Below are positions 30,462-39,879 of a stretch of DNA of 64,000 bases, piece by piece. The notes beneath the pieces were generated by a model. That model did not search any database and was not told where the DNA came from. It saw only the letters and a list, made by a program, of their open reading frames with translations. The translations under genes were made by a program, and so were the position numbers. Positions within the stretch are counted from its first letter, which is position 1, and each line of letters starts with the position of its first letter. Origin of the DNA: Desulfurococcaceae archaeon (GTDB taxonomy: Archaea > Thermoproteota > Thermoprotei_A > Sulfolobales > Desulfurococcaceae). Location of the stretch: assembly GCA_038816475.1 (NCBI GenBank), contig JAWBAI010000007.1, positions 1 through 64,000 of the forward strand. Reading direction: 5' to 3'.

Positions 30462-31490
30462 ATGCTTAGGGTTCTATACTTGTCCGACTCTGCCTATATG
30501 CATAATCCAAGCTTTAATCACCCGGAAAACCCTAAGCGTGTTCAAAGGGTCATGAACACCCTTAGGAATCTGGGGTTTTCATGGGAAGACATTACAACTA
30601 CGAGTGTTGATCGCGGCGAATCCTTGAAACTTGCTGAGAGAATCCACGCTAAAGGCTACTTGGAGTACCTAGTAAAGCTATCTCAGAAAGCTCCAGCACT
30701 AGTAGATGAAGACACGTACTTTTCAAAAGATTCTCTTGAGCTAGCTCTCTCAGCTTTCTACTACTCGTACTCAGTAGCCTTAAGTAGCAGTAGAACACCT
30801 GTGTTCATAGTTCTCCGTCCACCTGGACACCACGCTGGTAAAGGAGGTAAAGCCATGGGAGCATCAACTCAGGGTTTCTGCTTACTAAACAACGCTGCAG
30901 CTGCTGTTCTTGGTTTCGAGGATGCAGGCTTTAAGAACATCGCAGTTGTGGACTTCGACGCTCACCATGGAAACGGGACAATGGAAATATTCTACAAAAT
31001 GAGGATCCTTCAGCTCGACTTACACCAGGACCCCGACACCTTATACCCCCACACCGGCTATCCAGATCAGCTGGGTGAAGGCGAGGGTTTCGGGTACAAG
31101 TTAAACTTGATCCTACCACCCAGCAGTGGTGACGACTTATTCACTGTTCTTGTGAGCAAAGTTCAAAGTGCACTAGAGCATTACGCGCTGGAGGCCCTTG
31201 TGATATCGGCAGGTTTCGATGGCTATATCAACGATGGACTCGCAGATCTGAGTCTGACGGAGGTATCATACTACAGTATAGGTAGAGTTCTCGCTGAGTT
31301 AGAGGTACCAACTGTAGTAATGTTCGAGGGAGGCTATGGAATTGGGCTGGAAAGAGGTGTACGGGCGTTCGTTGAGGGTCTTGCTCGTGTTGAAAAGCAG
31401 TACAAGGTAACAACGAGAACACCCCCGCTCCTCTACAGGAAAGCAGTGGAAACAGCCGGTAGAGTGCTTTCGAAAATGCGTGTCAGGTAA
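30462..31490 (+). CDS. Histone deacetylase family protein
   Basis: HPE, RPPGHHA, GFCLLNN, DFDAHHGNGT, SAGFD, EGGY. Confidence 0.95.
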   Translation: MLRVLYLSDSAYMHNPSFNHPENPKRVQRVMNTLRNLGFSWEDITTTSVDRGESLKLAERIHAKGYLEYLVKLSQKAPALVDEDTYFSKDSLELALSAFYYSYSVALSSSRTPVFIVLRPPGHHAGKGGKAMGASTQGFCLLNNAAAAVLGFEDAGFKNIAVVDFDAHHGNGTMEIFYKMRILQLDLHQDPDTLYPHTGYPDQLGEGEGFGYKLNLILPPSSGDDLFTVLVSKVQSALEHYALEALVISAGFDGYINDGLADLSLTEVSYYSIGRVLAELEVPTVVMFEGGYGIGLERGVRAFVEGLARVEKQYKVTTRTPPLLYRKAVETAGRVLSKMRVR

Positions 31491-32085
31491 GAACCGGAGT
31501 GGATGTACTGTGCTAGAAGAGGAGGTTAAACTCGAGGTAATGGACCCTGGCTATGCGAGGAAAACCTTGGCGGAATCGGGCTTTAAGTTCGTTAAAGTAT
31601 GTACTGAAGTTGACACGTATTTTGCACACCCGTGCAAGGATCTCGCTTCAACGGATGAAGCTCTAAGACTACGAAAAAGAATTTGCAACGATGAGGAGAG
31701 CTTCGTATTAACCTACAAAGGACCCAGACTTGGTGTGAGCAAGGAGATTAAGATCAGAGAGGAGATAGAGGTTCGTGTGGCACGTGATGTTCTAGAAGCC
31801 TTAAGCCAGATCCTAACTAAGCTCGGATTCATAAGCATACTGTCCTTCTCCAAGATCAGGGAGATCTACGAGGCTAGTGATGTGCTAGCGTACCTTGACT
31901 ACATACATGGTTTAGGCTACTTTCTCGAGTTTGAAGCTAGAACTGAGATAGGCAAGCAGCTCATCAGAGGCATCTTGAATAGCTCTTTCGGGAACGCTAG
32001 AATTGTTGAAGAAACGTACCTCGAGATGTGTTTAAGAACTAAAAAATGCCAGGTTAATACCGAGATCAACGGGAGGGCGTTTTAA
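31480..32085 (+). CDS. CYTH domain / class IV adenylate cyclase-like
   Basis: EEEVK, DTYF, DEALRLR, LTYKGP, REEIE, FLEFE. Confidence 0.9.
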   Translation: MSGKNRSGCTVLEEEVKLEVMDPGYARKTLAESGFKFVKVCTEVDTYFAHPCKDLASTDEALRLRKRICNDEESFVLTYKGPRLGVSKEIKIREEIEVRVARDVLEALSQILTKLGFISILSFSKIREIYEASDVLAYLDYIHGLGYFLEFEARTEIGKQLIRGILNSSFGNARIVEETYLEMCLRTKKCQVNTEINGRAF

Positions 32086-32086
32086 C

Positions 32087-32728
32087 ATGTCAACGCAGTA
32101 TAAACACTACAATTACGTAACGAGATTAATATATGAAAAAGTGGTTAATGAGCAGATCAGCAGAATAGAGGAGCTGAAGAACCCCGATGTAGTCTACGTC
32201 ACGGACCTCGTGTTCTGCACGCACAAGTTCCACTTAAAGAAGAACTATCCTTGGTTGTCTATTTCCTTTGAACCCTCAGCAATTCTCGGAAGCATTGCTC
32301 ACTGGGGTTTAGAAAGGGTTTTAGCCGAAAAGGGTCTAGTAGCTGAATTTGATGTACAAACTGAGGTAGAAGTTCAGGGTAAAAAATACATGCTTAAGGG
32401 CCGCGTAGACGCGATAGACGTGAGCAACAGAGTAGTAATAGAGGTTAAAACTGCTAGATCCGCTGTAAACTTGCCCAAGGAACATCACGTTAAGCAGCTG
32501 AACATATATCTCAACATGCTGAAGTACGAGAAAGGGATCCTAGTTTACATTACTCCGATCAAGCTCGTGGAGTATGTAATTGAGTCAAGTAGCTTAAGCC
32601 TTGAAGACGAAATAAGAGACCTTATCGAGGACAAGTACCACCCCAGGTATCCCTGGGAATGTAAGTACTGCGAGTTCTCAAAGCTTTGTCCATACTACCA
32701 GGAAGCCGAGGAGTGGGAGAAAGGGTAA
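32087..32728 (+). CDS. cas4: Solo Cas4-like Fe-S RecB nuclease
   Basis: N-terminal Cys plus CKYCEFSKLC; GRVDAID, IEVKT, QLNIY; no cas1 or array in the window. Confidence 0.88.
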   Translation: MSTQYKHYNYVTRLIYEKVVNEQISRIEELKNPDVVYVTDLVFCTHKFHLKKNYPWLSISFEPSAILGSIAHWGLERVLAEKGLVAEFDVQTEVEVQGKKYMLKGRVDAIDVSNRVVIEVKTARSAVNLPKEHHVKQLNIYLNMLKYEKGILVYITPIKLVEYVIESSSLSLEDEIRDLIEDKYHPRYPWECKYCEFSKLCPYYQEAEEWEKG

Positions 32729-32764
32729 TTAGGTGGTGTAGAGAAGAGCACACTTGGATGCGTT

Positions 32765-32818
32765 TAATGATGAGCGCTCGGGTTGGCCGATCCGTGACGA
32801 AGGTCTTGAGTTCTGAGC
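32765..32818 (+). ncRNA. Box C/D guide sRNA, predicted target tRNA-Leu(CAA) C34
   Basis: C ATGATGA 32767, D' CCGA, C' GTGACGA, D CTGA 32813; D guide AGGTCTTGAGTT is complementary to a CTCAAGA anticodon loop. Confidence 0.85.
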
Positions 32819-32905
32819 TCTGAACGCTAACAGTTCGCTTTCGAATCTCTTAGATTAAGACAGAAGCAGTATCCGAAGTAAGTATGGAGGTGTTGAACAC
32901 GCGTT

Positions 32906-33730
32906 CTAACTGAGCACTCTCATTATAAGCGTATCTCCCTGTTTAACTCCCAGCTTTTCGGATGCATTACCTTTGTTAACTGCGAGTTCGAGGTAATCCC
33001 AAGAGTTCACGTAGCAGGCGAGCTCTCCCTCTGGTACTCTGCTGAAGCTTGCCTCGTATGTGCAGGTATGTATGGATGTGCTTGTTTCCACGTTAATTTT
33101 CGAGCCATAAACTAGGTTTAGTGCTACGAGCTCATCGGCACTAACATTGGTCATCACGTTTCCGTAGACATCTACGTAGAGAACACGTGCCTTGATCACT
33201 CTTTTGCCCGCGTCTATCACAGGCTTATCAAAGCTCAGTTTAACAAGACTATCATAGTCTATTTCAACACCAACATCGTCTAACGGAACACCCTTGCTCA
33301 CCCAAGCTGCAACCGGCGCGAATATGTCTCTTCCGTGGAAGGTGTAGGATACCTTGGGTAGATTGTACTTTGTATCAGAGATATCGAAAACTCTTTTCAC
33401 ACCGTCCTTCTCAGCTAGCAGGGTTAAACAACCGTTGTCAGGTCCTATTAGAATGTAGTTCGTTGTCTCAATTAGTATAGCTTTCCTAGCACTACCTACA
33501 CCTGGGTCTACGACAACGACGAATATTGTTCCACGTGGGTAGTACCTCGCTGATACAGCTAGCATGAGTGCAGCTTCAAGTACATTGTGTCGTTCGATAC
33601 CATGAGTTAAGTCCACTATCTCGGCATCGGGGTTTATAGACTTGATAACGCCCTTTACAACACCAACATAAGGGTCTCTGTAGCCGTAGTCAGTCATTAG
33701 TGCTATTAACCTACGCTCAGGCATTTTCAC
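32906..33730 (-). CDS. SAM hydroxide adenosyltransferase (DUF62, chlorinase/fluorinase family)
   Basis: TDYG, VVDPGVG, GPDNG, TFHGRDIFAP, DVYGN. Confidence 0.93.
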   Translation of the reverse strand: MKMPERRLIALMTDYGYRDPYVGVVKGVIKSINPDAEIVDLTHGIERHNVLEAALMLAVSARYYPRGTIFVVVVDPGVGSARKAILIETTNYILIGPDNGCLTLLAEKDGVKRVFDISDTKYNLPKVSYTFHGRDIFAPVAAWVSKGVPLDDVGVEIDYDSLVKLSFDKPVIDAGKRVIKARVLYVDVYGNVMTNVSADELVALNLVYGSKINVETSTSIHTCTYEASFSRVPEGELACYVNSWDYLELAVNKGNASEKLGVKQGDTLIMRVLS

Positions 33731-33774
33731 CCCTATTGTAAAGAGATATTTGGGCTGAAATAGATACAGTTAAC

Positions 33775-33839
33775 TAGCCGGGGATGGAGGCGACGGGCGG
33801 TCTGACGAGTGATGATTGTTGACGAGGTTAACCCGGCTA
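33775..33839 (+). ncRNA. Box C/D-type guide sRNA, predicted target 16S C1402
   Basis: 8-bp terminal stem TAGCCGGG/CCCGGCTA; guide GCGACGGGCGGT then CTGA, then GTGATGA; guide is the complement of the conserved 16S ACCGCCCGTCGC. Confidence 0.82.
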
Positions 33840-33843
33840 CTAG

Positions 33844-33900
33844 TCCGATGATTAGCAGCGGATAACCTGAGCAGTGATGCACCCAGGTTTCAGATGAGGA
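33844..33900 (+). ncRNA. Second, tandem box C/D sRNA candidate
   Basis: CCGATGA...CTGA-GCA-GTGATGC...ATGA with TCC/GGA ends; boxes partly degenerate. Confidence 0.6.
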
Positions 33901-33966
33901 GAATATTTTTCTTCTAGATATCGAGTTTGATTATTAGAGAAGTGCTAAGTTGAGGATGAACCGAAG

Positions 33967-34878
33967 TTGTCATCGGGAATTGCTACGAGGTGTTTACTCA
34001 AAAACGCGTGGTACTTGTCCAGCAGCGACTTCCACTATGGATACGTCTTTCTGCACGGATCTAGAGTAGAGGACGTAGGTGAGGGCGATCCCTTGCCTGA
34101 GTACGAACTTGCAGAGCTTGTTTACGACTTTGAAGGGGACGCTTTGATCGTGCATGGTTACAGTTTGATCGTTGACATCGTAGAGTACGTTGTAAGAGGA
34201 ATGAGTAACATAGATTTAAGCGTTTTCACAGACGAGGAGTTACGCAAGCTAGCTAATGTGGGACTAGTAAACGCTTACATGAACGGAGTAACTGTGCCGG
34301 TAGCTAAAACCAGGTACTCCAAGATCGTGGCAGATGTTGCGCGGGAAAACGCTATGAGAGTCGGGTTGCTTGCTGAGCGTGGCACAGTCTCGAGAAACCC
34401 GTTCACTGTTCTACTGGAGGTGGACGATGGCTGGTTGTACTTCGAGGATAAGAGGCTAGGTGAGTATTCATCCATGGTATGCAAGCCTTACGAAGTACGC
34501 GAAACCTGTATCCTCGTGGATGCAAGAGGATACGGTAACATAACCACGGCGATCGAGAACGTCTACTCTTATACTAGAAGCCCTGAGGTGGCGTTCAGAC
34601 TATTGACAAACTTCTACCGTGTAGCTAACATAGACAACGGTTTCGTCGAGAGGAGATCAGCCTCTGACATCATAGTTTACGACCTGAAGAATCCACTTAA
34701 ATCCATGCCTATAACAAGCAAAAAAGACCTATACTCGCTCTTAGCAAGATCACAGCAACCAGACATGGTGTTCATTGGTGGTGAAATATTCTACGAGCAC
34801 GGCGAAAACCTAGCAATACCTGTTGTAAAAATAAACGAGCTTCTAAAAAGAAGAATCGCTACTTTAAAGCACGAGTAA
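33967..34878 (+). CDS. Degenerate amidohydrolase-fold protein
   Basis: N-terminal beta-sandwich-like region, NGVT, C-terminal ASDIIVYDL...VFIGGE; HxH motif absent. Confidence 0.55.
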   Translation: MSSGIATRCLLKNAWYLSSSDFHYGYVFLHGSRVEDVGEGDPLPEYELAELVYDFEGDALIVHGYSLIVDIVEYVVRGMSNIDLSVFTDEELRKLANVGLVNAYMNGVTVPVAKTRYSKIVADVARENAMRVGLLAERGTVSRNPFTVLLEVDDGWLYFEDKRLGEYSSMVCKPYEVRETCILVDARGYGNITTAIENVYSYTRSPEVAFRLLTNFYRVANIDNGFVERRSASDIIVYDLKNPLKSMPITSKKDLYSLLARSQQPDMVFIGGEIFYEHGENLAIPVVKINELLKRRIATLKHE

Positions 34879-35012
34879 AACTTGGACGTTCTCAATGGTT
34901 TCCTCCATCTTATTCCTCCAGAGTAATTTCTCATGGGAACTCTACGCTGCATAGAAGTTAAGTCGATAAAACACGGATTTAAAAATCTCAAAGCCATAAA
35001 AAGTTAAACGAA

Positions 35013-35086
35013 GGGCCCGTAGCTCAGCTTGGTGGAGCGCCCGGCTGATAACCGGGAGGTCCGGGGTTCAAATCCCCGCGGGCCCA
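35013..35086 (+). tRNA. tRNA-Ile (GAT)
   Basis: GGGCCCG acceptor stem, CCCGG-CTGATAA-CCGGG anticodon arm, GTTCAAATC T-loop. Confidence 0.97.
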
Positions 35087-35179
35087 TCACTCGGAAAAAC
35101 CTAGGCTTGTTCACGCTCCTTAACGCTAGTTCGATTTTATTAACTAAACCGCGTATTCTATATCAAACTGGTGAGGGTA

Positions 35180-37006
35180 TTGTACGGATGGTGGGGAAAG
35201 GTCCTCTACGTGGATTTGACTACTAAACGAGTTAAGGAGCTCAAGTTAGATCCCTCCTACTACACGGAGTATATTGGGGGCAGAGGGCTTGCCATCAGAT
35301 TATTGTGGGACCTTAATCCACCAGGCGTTGACCCGTTCTCACCCTATAACCATGTCGTCATAGCTACCGGGCCTCTCACAGCGTTGCCCATACCCAGTAG
35401 CGGCAAACTCCAAGTTGCTTCGAAAAGCCCCTTAACGGGTGGTTATGGTGATGGTAACCTTGGAACGATGGCAAGCTACCACCTGAAGCGAACGGGTTTC
35501 GACGCGATAGTAATCACGGGTTCCCTCAGAAAAACGGGTTATATCTACGTAGAAAACGAGAAAGTCGAATTTCACGATGCAGAAGAACTTTCGGGTCTTG
35601 ACACGTTCGAGACGGAGAAGAAGCTCGTTGAGAAGCATGGCAAGAACGTAGGCATTCTTACGATTGGACCAGCGGCTGAAAACCTGGTTCGCTATGCAAC
35701 GGTTCTCTCGCAGAGAGGTAGAAGCGGTGGAAGACCAGGTATAGGCGCGGTGCTTGGAAGCAAGAAGCTAAAAGCTATTGTCATAAAAGGCTCAAGAGAC
35801 CCACCTGTAGCTGACATGAAGGAGCTGAGAAGACTAGCTGAGGAAGCCTACTCGAAAATCCTCAGGAGCGATAACTACGAGTTCTGGATTCGGCAGGGTA
35901 CAATGGCTACGATAGTGTGGAGTCAGAAGAACAGTGTTCTACCAACGATGAACTTTAGAGAGGGTGTTTGGGAGTACTATGAAACCATAAGCGGAGACTT
36001 GATGGAAAAGCTGAAAACAGCTAGGAGAGGTTGTCCTTACTGCAACATGCAATGTGGAAACGTTGTCTTGGACTTATCGATCGAGGAGAGCGAACTAGAC
36101 TATGAAAACGTTGCAATGCTCGGGAGCAACATTCTAGTTGAAGACCTCAGGAGAGTAGCTGAGCTTAACAAGCTATGTGATAAGCTAGGGTTAGACACAA
36201 TAAGCATGGGCAACGTGATAGGCTTCTACATGGAGGCAAGTGAGAGGAAGCTTGTAACGGAGAAAGTTGAATGGGGAGATTTTAGGGAAGCGAAGAGGCT
36301 CATCGAGGATACAGCCTACAGGAGAGGCCTTGGATCCTTCCTAGCTGAAGGAGTAATGAGAATGGTTAAAGCGTTGGGACCAGAAGCTCAGCAGTTCGCA
36401 ATGCACGTTAAGGGACTAGAGGTTTCAGCGTACGATTGCCATGCAGCACCAGCCATGGCGTTATCCTACGCAACTTCACCCATCGGGGCACACCACAAGG
36501 ACGCATGGATCATAAGCTACGAGATTGCAACCGACAGACTTGGGTACACTCGGCAGAAGGTTGAAAGACTAGTTTTCCTGCAGGATGTTAGAGGTGGAAT
36601 GTTCGAGTCGTTGACTACGTGTAGACTACCATGGGTTGAAGTTGGATTGGACCTAGACTACTACCCTCGCTTCCTCTCGGCTGTTACAGGCGTAACTTGG
36701 ACTCTTGAAGACATCAGAACGGTTGCGCACAGAATATACACCCTGATCAGAGCCTTCTGGGTGAGAGAAATGCAGGGATTCCAAAGGGACCTCGATATGC
36801 CGCCGGTAAGGTGGTTTAAGCAACCTCTAACCAAAGGACCATACACAGGTGTAAAGCTAGACTACGACAAATACAACCAGATGCTAAGCTGGTACTATGA
36901 GCTGAGAGGCTGGAACGAGAAGGGTGTACCAAAGAAGGAAACTCTGCGAAAGCTCAATCTTGAATTCACAATACCTGTTCTCGAAAAATTCGAATCTCTC
37001 GACTAA
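35180..37006 (+). CDS. Tungsten aldehyde:ferredoxin oxidoreductase family (FOR-like)
   Basis: MYGWWGK start (TTG after GGTGA SD), SKSPLTG, GSKKLKAI, CPYCNMQC, DKLGLDTIS, YYELRGW. Confidence 0.93.
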   Translation: MYGWWGKVLYVDLTTKRVKELKLDPSYYTEYIGGRGLAIRLLWDLNPPGVDPFSPYNHVVIATGPLTALPIPSSGKLQVASKSPLTGGYGDGNLGTMASYHLKRTGFDAIVITGSLRKTGYIYVENEKVEFHDAEELSGLDTFETEKKLVEKHGKNVGILTIGPAAENLVRYATVLSQRGRSGGRPGIGAVLGSKKLKAIVIKGSRDPPVADMKELRRLAEEAYSKILRSDNYEFWIRQGTMATIVWSQKNSVLPTMNFREGVWEYYETISGDLMEKLKTARRGCPYCNMQCGNVVLDLSIEESELDYENVAMLGSNILVEDLRRVAELNKLCDKLGLDTISMGNVIGFYMEASERKLVTEKVEWGDFREAKRLIEDTAYRRGLGSFLAEGVMRMVKALGPEAQQFAMHVKGLEVSAYDCHAAPAMALSYATSPIGAHHKDAWIISYEIATDRLGYTRQKVERLVFLQDVRGGMFESLTTCRLPWVEVGLDLDYYPRFLSAVTGVTWTLEDIRTVAHRIYTLIRAFWVREMQGFQRDLDMPPVRWFKQPLTKGPYTGVKLDYDKYNQMLSWYYELRGWNEKGVPKKETLRKLNLEFTIPVLEKFESLD

Positions 37007-37033
37007 CGTTTTTACTCGGGGTTTTTCACCGAG

Positions 37034-37420
37034 TTGATTACCATTGAAGGTAGGGTTATCAGTGGTGTTGGTGAAGGAGCGTATTACGTGGAAAAGTACA
37101 GTAGGCTTCTAGAGAAGGTACTTGGAGAACCACCATATCCCGGAACACTAAACGTTGAGCTCAACACATGCTTCTACGACTTGGTCAAGAAGATCGGGGT
37201 TCCACCGCTAGTGATTAAACCAGACCAGGAGGGGCTAGGCGTAGTGTATGTATACACAGGTAAGGTGAATGGTGTAAAAGTCTTAGTTCTGAAACCAGCT
37301 ATTACACGGCACAAGTGCGAAATCGTGGAGCTTGTTTCAAGTAAGCACTTAAGACGTGAGCTTGAACTCAGGGACGGTGATGTTGTAAAAATAACTATTG
37401 AGGTTTTAACTAGGTCTTAG
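37034..37420 (+). CDS. ribK: CTP-dependent riboflavin kinase
   Basis: GRVISGVGEG, PYPGTLN, ELVS..HLR..L.L.DGD. Confidence 0.92.
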   Translation: MITIEGRVISGVGEGAYYVEKYSRLLEKVLGEPPYPGTLNVELNTCFYDLVKKIGVPPLVIKPDQEGLGVVYVYTGKVNGVKVLVLKPAITRHKCEIVELVSSKHLRRELELRDGDVVKITIEVLTRS

Positions 37421-38977
37421 AATGAACTGCTCTAGTTTAGCAATGTAGCTTTCAATGTTCATCGTGAGTTGCTCGGAAGCTCTGATGTAGATTACTCGGA
37501 GAAGCCACGGTGAAGCCAAGAAAGCTATGCCAAACACTATGAATGCTACTAGTATTACCAAGGCTAAGTTGGCAAGAGGCATACGTACTTCAGCAGGCTC
37601 AACAACGCGGAGTCCGAGAAGGATTACGTATAGCATTTTCATGTAGGATATCAACCCAATAGCACTGGCCACCACCATCGCTATAGCGAACGCTATGTTG
37701 TACTCGAACAAGGCTTCGTAGAGAAGAAGCTTCGCCAGGAAACCGGGTAGTGGTGGAACCCCAGCTAGCGTCAGCACAGAGAGCACTAGGGACAACCCAG
37801 CAACGCGGTACCTGGTTCCTAATCCAGCGAGCTTCTCCAGGTTTCTCGTTCCAGCAGCTTTTATGAATACACCAGCACTAAGGAATAACGTAGCTTTGGC
37901 CAGGGAGTGCATGGTCATGTAGAACAGTAGAGCGTTCAAACCTTTTTCATTCGCGCAACCAGCAGCCATGAACAGATAACCAAGGTTCATTACCGTTGAA
38001 TAAGCTATGAGCCTCTTGACATCCGTCTGAATGTACATTAGAAGCGCACCAATGATAGCTGATACGATACCTGTTGCGATCGCCAGTAGTGAAACAAAGT
38101 ACTTTGCAGACCCGATTGCCGGTGGCAATGGGCTAGAAGGCGTACTCCAGGAAGCTATGTAAATAAACTTGTAAAGCCCTATGACGCCCGTGTTTACGAC
38201 GAGCCCGCTGAGAAGCGCTGAGATCGGTGTTGGTGCTGCAGGGTGTGCATCAGGTAACCAGAAGTGGTTAGGGAAAACACCGCTCTTGATGCTAAAAGCC
38301 CAGAACGATACTAGCATGATCAACCCGTAGGCTACGTACACTAGGGTTGTATCCATGGGGCTTCTAAGCTTCTGGGAGAGATCAGCAAAGTTCAGAGTTC
38401 CAAAAACACTGTAAGTTATTCCCATTGCTAGCAAGTACAGTGTAGTACCAAGTGCACCTATGAAGGCATACTTCAGGCCAGATACTATGGAGTCTGCTCT
38501 ATTCATGTAGTACATGACTAACGCGTAGGATGATATAGCCGTAACCTCCAGCATTACGAACAGATTAAACATGTCACCTGTACAAATAACACCGAGTATT
38601 CCCGAGGATGCTCCAAGCAACAGTATTGAGTACCATGGGTACCCTTGGTCCACTATGTAGTCTGTGCTGTAGATTGCTATGGCTAGTAGTATGAATGATG
38701 TAACGACAAGCAGTATGGCTGTAGGCATGTCGACCATGTACACTATTCCGATGGGTGCAGGCCACCCTGCAGCTCTGAACACCACGACCTGACGCTCCTG
38801 GAAAACGCTGACTGCTACGATAGTGCTAAAAGCGGTTACCAACAGGAGTGCTAATATCGTTGAGGAGAAAACGAGTGCTCTGCTACGGGTTAACACGTAG
38901 ATGATTGATACTAAGAACCCCATAAACGCCGGTATGAAAGGTATTAATCCTACGAGGATCTCCACCTGGGTGATCAT
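37406..38977 (-). CDS. mnhD: Mrp/Mnh Na+/H+ antiporter subunit D
   Basis: GDMFNLFVMLE, KSGVFPNHFWLPDAHPAAP, DVKRLIAYST, GVPPLPGF.AK. Confidence 0.9.
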   Translation of the reverse strand: MITQVEILVGLIPFIPAFMGFLVSIIYVLTRSRALVFSSTILALLLVTAFSTIVAVSVFQERQVVVFRAAGWPAPIGIVYMVDMPTAILLVVTSFILLAIAIYSTDYIVDQGYPWYSILLLGASSGILGVICTGDMFNLFVMLEVTAISSYALVMYYMNRADSIVSGLKYAFIGALGTTLYLLAMGITYSVFGTLNFADLSQKLRSPMDTTLVYVAYGLIMLVSFWAFSIKSGVFPNHFWLPDAHPAAPTPISALLSGLVVNTGVIGLYKFIYIASWSTPSSPLPPAIGSAKYFVSLLAIATGIVSAIIGALLMYIQTDVKRLIAYSTVMNLGYLFMAAGCANEKGLNALLFYMTMHSLAKATLFLSAGVFIKAAGTRNLEKLAGLGTRYRVAGLSLVLSVLTLAGVPPLPGFLAKLLLYEALFEYNIAFAIAMVVASAIGLISYMKMLYVILLGLRVVEPAEVRMPLANLALVILVAFIVFGIAFLASPWLLRVIYIRASEQLTMNIESYIAKLEQFILRPS

Positions 38978-38989
38978 CCGTGATCACCT

Positions 38990-39475
38990 CTAATCGAAGA
39001 TCCTGGAAGCATGCTCTTCGAATTCTTCGCTAATCGCTTTTTTAGCTTCAAGAGGTTCAAATGTTGTTACGTTGATCCAGTTAACGTAGAAGTAGTTGTC
39101 TTTTTCGTCTACTACAACCGTTCCAGGGGTGTTCGTAATAGAGTTTGCAACGAGTAGCCTAGCGTACTTTGATTTCACATCTACGGGGACCTTAACTATA
39201 CCTGGTTTCACTTCACCGGTGATTATTCTTTTAACAACATCCATGTGAGCTTTGAACTCTATGATGGTAATGTACTTTAAGAAATAGTAAACCAGGTAAA
39301 GGAATCGTTTAACGTCCATGAGCTTCCGATCGTCGGATACCAGGTAGTTTGATGCAGCAGCGCTCAGCAGGCCGGCAACTAGTCCTCCAGTTAATAGGGT
39401 GTAAGGTGAAAGAGAACCTGCAAACAGTACAAATACTGTAAACAAGAGCAACCAAACAACAAGGTACCTGAACAC
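38990..39475 (-). CDS. mnhE: Mrp/Mnh antiporter subunit E
   Basis: PGIVKVP, ANSITNTPGT. Confidence 0.9.
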   Translation of the reverse strand: MFRYLVVWLLLFTVFVLFAGSLSPYTLLTGGLVAGLLSAAASNYLVSDDRKLMDVKRFLYLVYYFLKYITIIEFKAHMDVVKRIITGEVKPGIVKVPVDVKSKYARLLVANSITNTPGTVVVDEKDNYFYVNWINVTTFEPLEAKKAISEEFEEHASRIFD

Positions 39476-39873
39476 TACTCACTCACCTCCCCTATGACAT
39501 ACTTCACAGCTCTTCTAGCATCAGTCGTCTTTGTTAAGCGGTACAACTGTATTATTCCAAAGGCTATTAGTGCGTTAACAGCGAATCCTATGACTATACC
39601 TGTAAGCACTAGTGCTTGCGGCAAGGGGTCAACAGCGTGCTCCAGTAGTATGGTCACCTCTTCTTCGCTCCACGTAATGTACACTGGCGGTAGAACAGGG
39701 TGCTTGTAGATGAAACCGGTGAACACTATTGCTATGAACACTGTATCAGAAAGTATCGTGAGTGAAATCAACTTCTTAACAAGGCTTCTGCGGTAAATTA
39801 TCCCGTAGAGAGCCACAAGAGTGTTAATTGCTAGAACTATGATTATTCCGACGTGAACGTAAGTTTCAATCAT
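39475..39873 (-). CDS. mnhC: Mrp/Mnh antiporter subunit C
   Basis: DPLPQALVLTGIVIG. Confidence 0.92.
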   Translation of the reverse strand: MIETYVHVGIIIVLAINTLVALYGIIYRRSLVKKLISLTILSDTVFIAIVFTGFIYKHPVLPPVYITWSEEEVTILLEHAVDPLPQALVLTGIVIGFAVNALIAFGIIQLYRLTKTTDARRAVKYVIGEVSE

Positions 39874-39879
39874 CCATGA

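Noticed and set aside
32087-32905. CRISPR-Cas locus around cas4
   Set aside because: No repeat-spacer array and no cas1/cas2; the downstream intergenic is explained by a C/D sRNA
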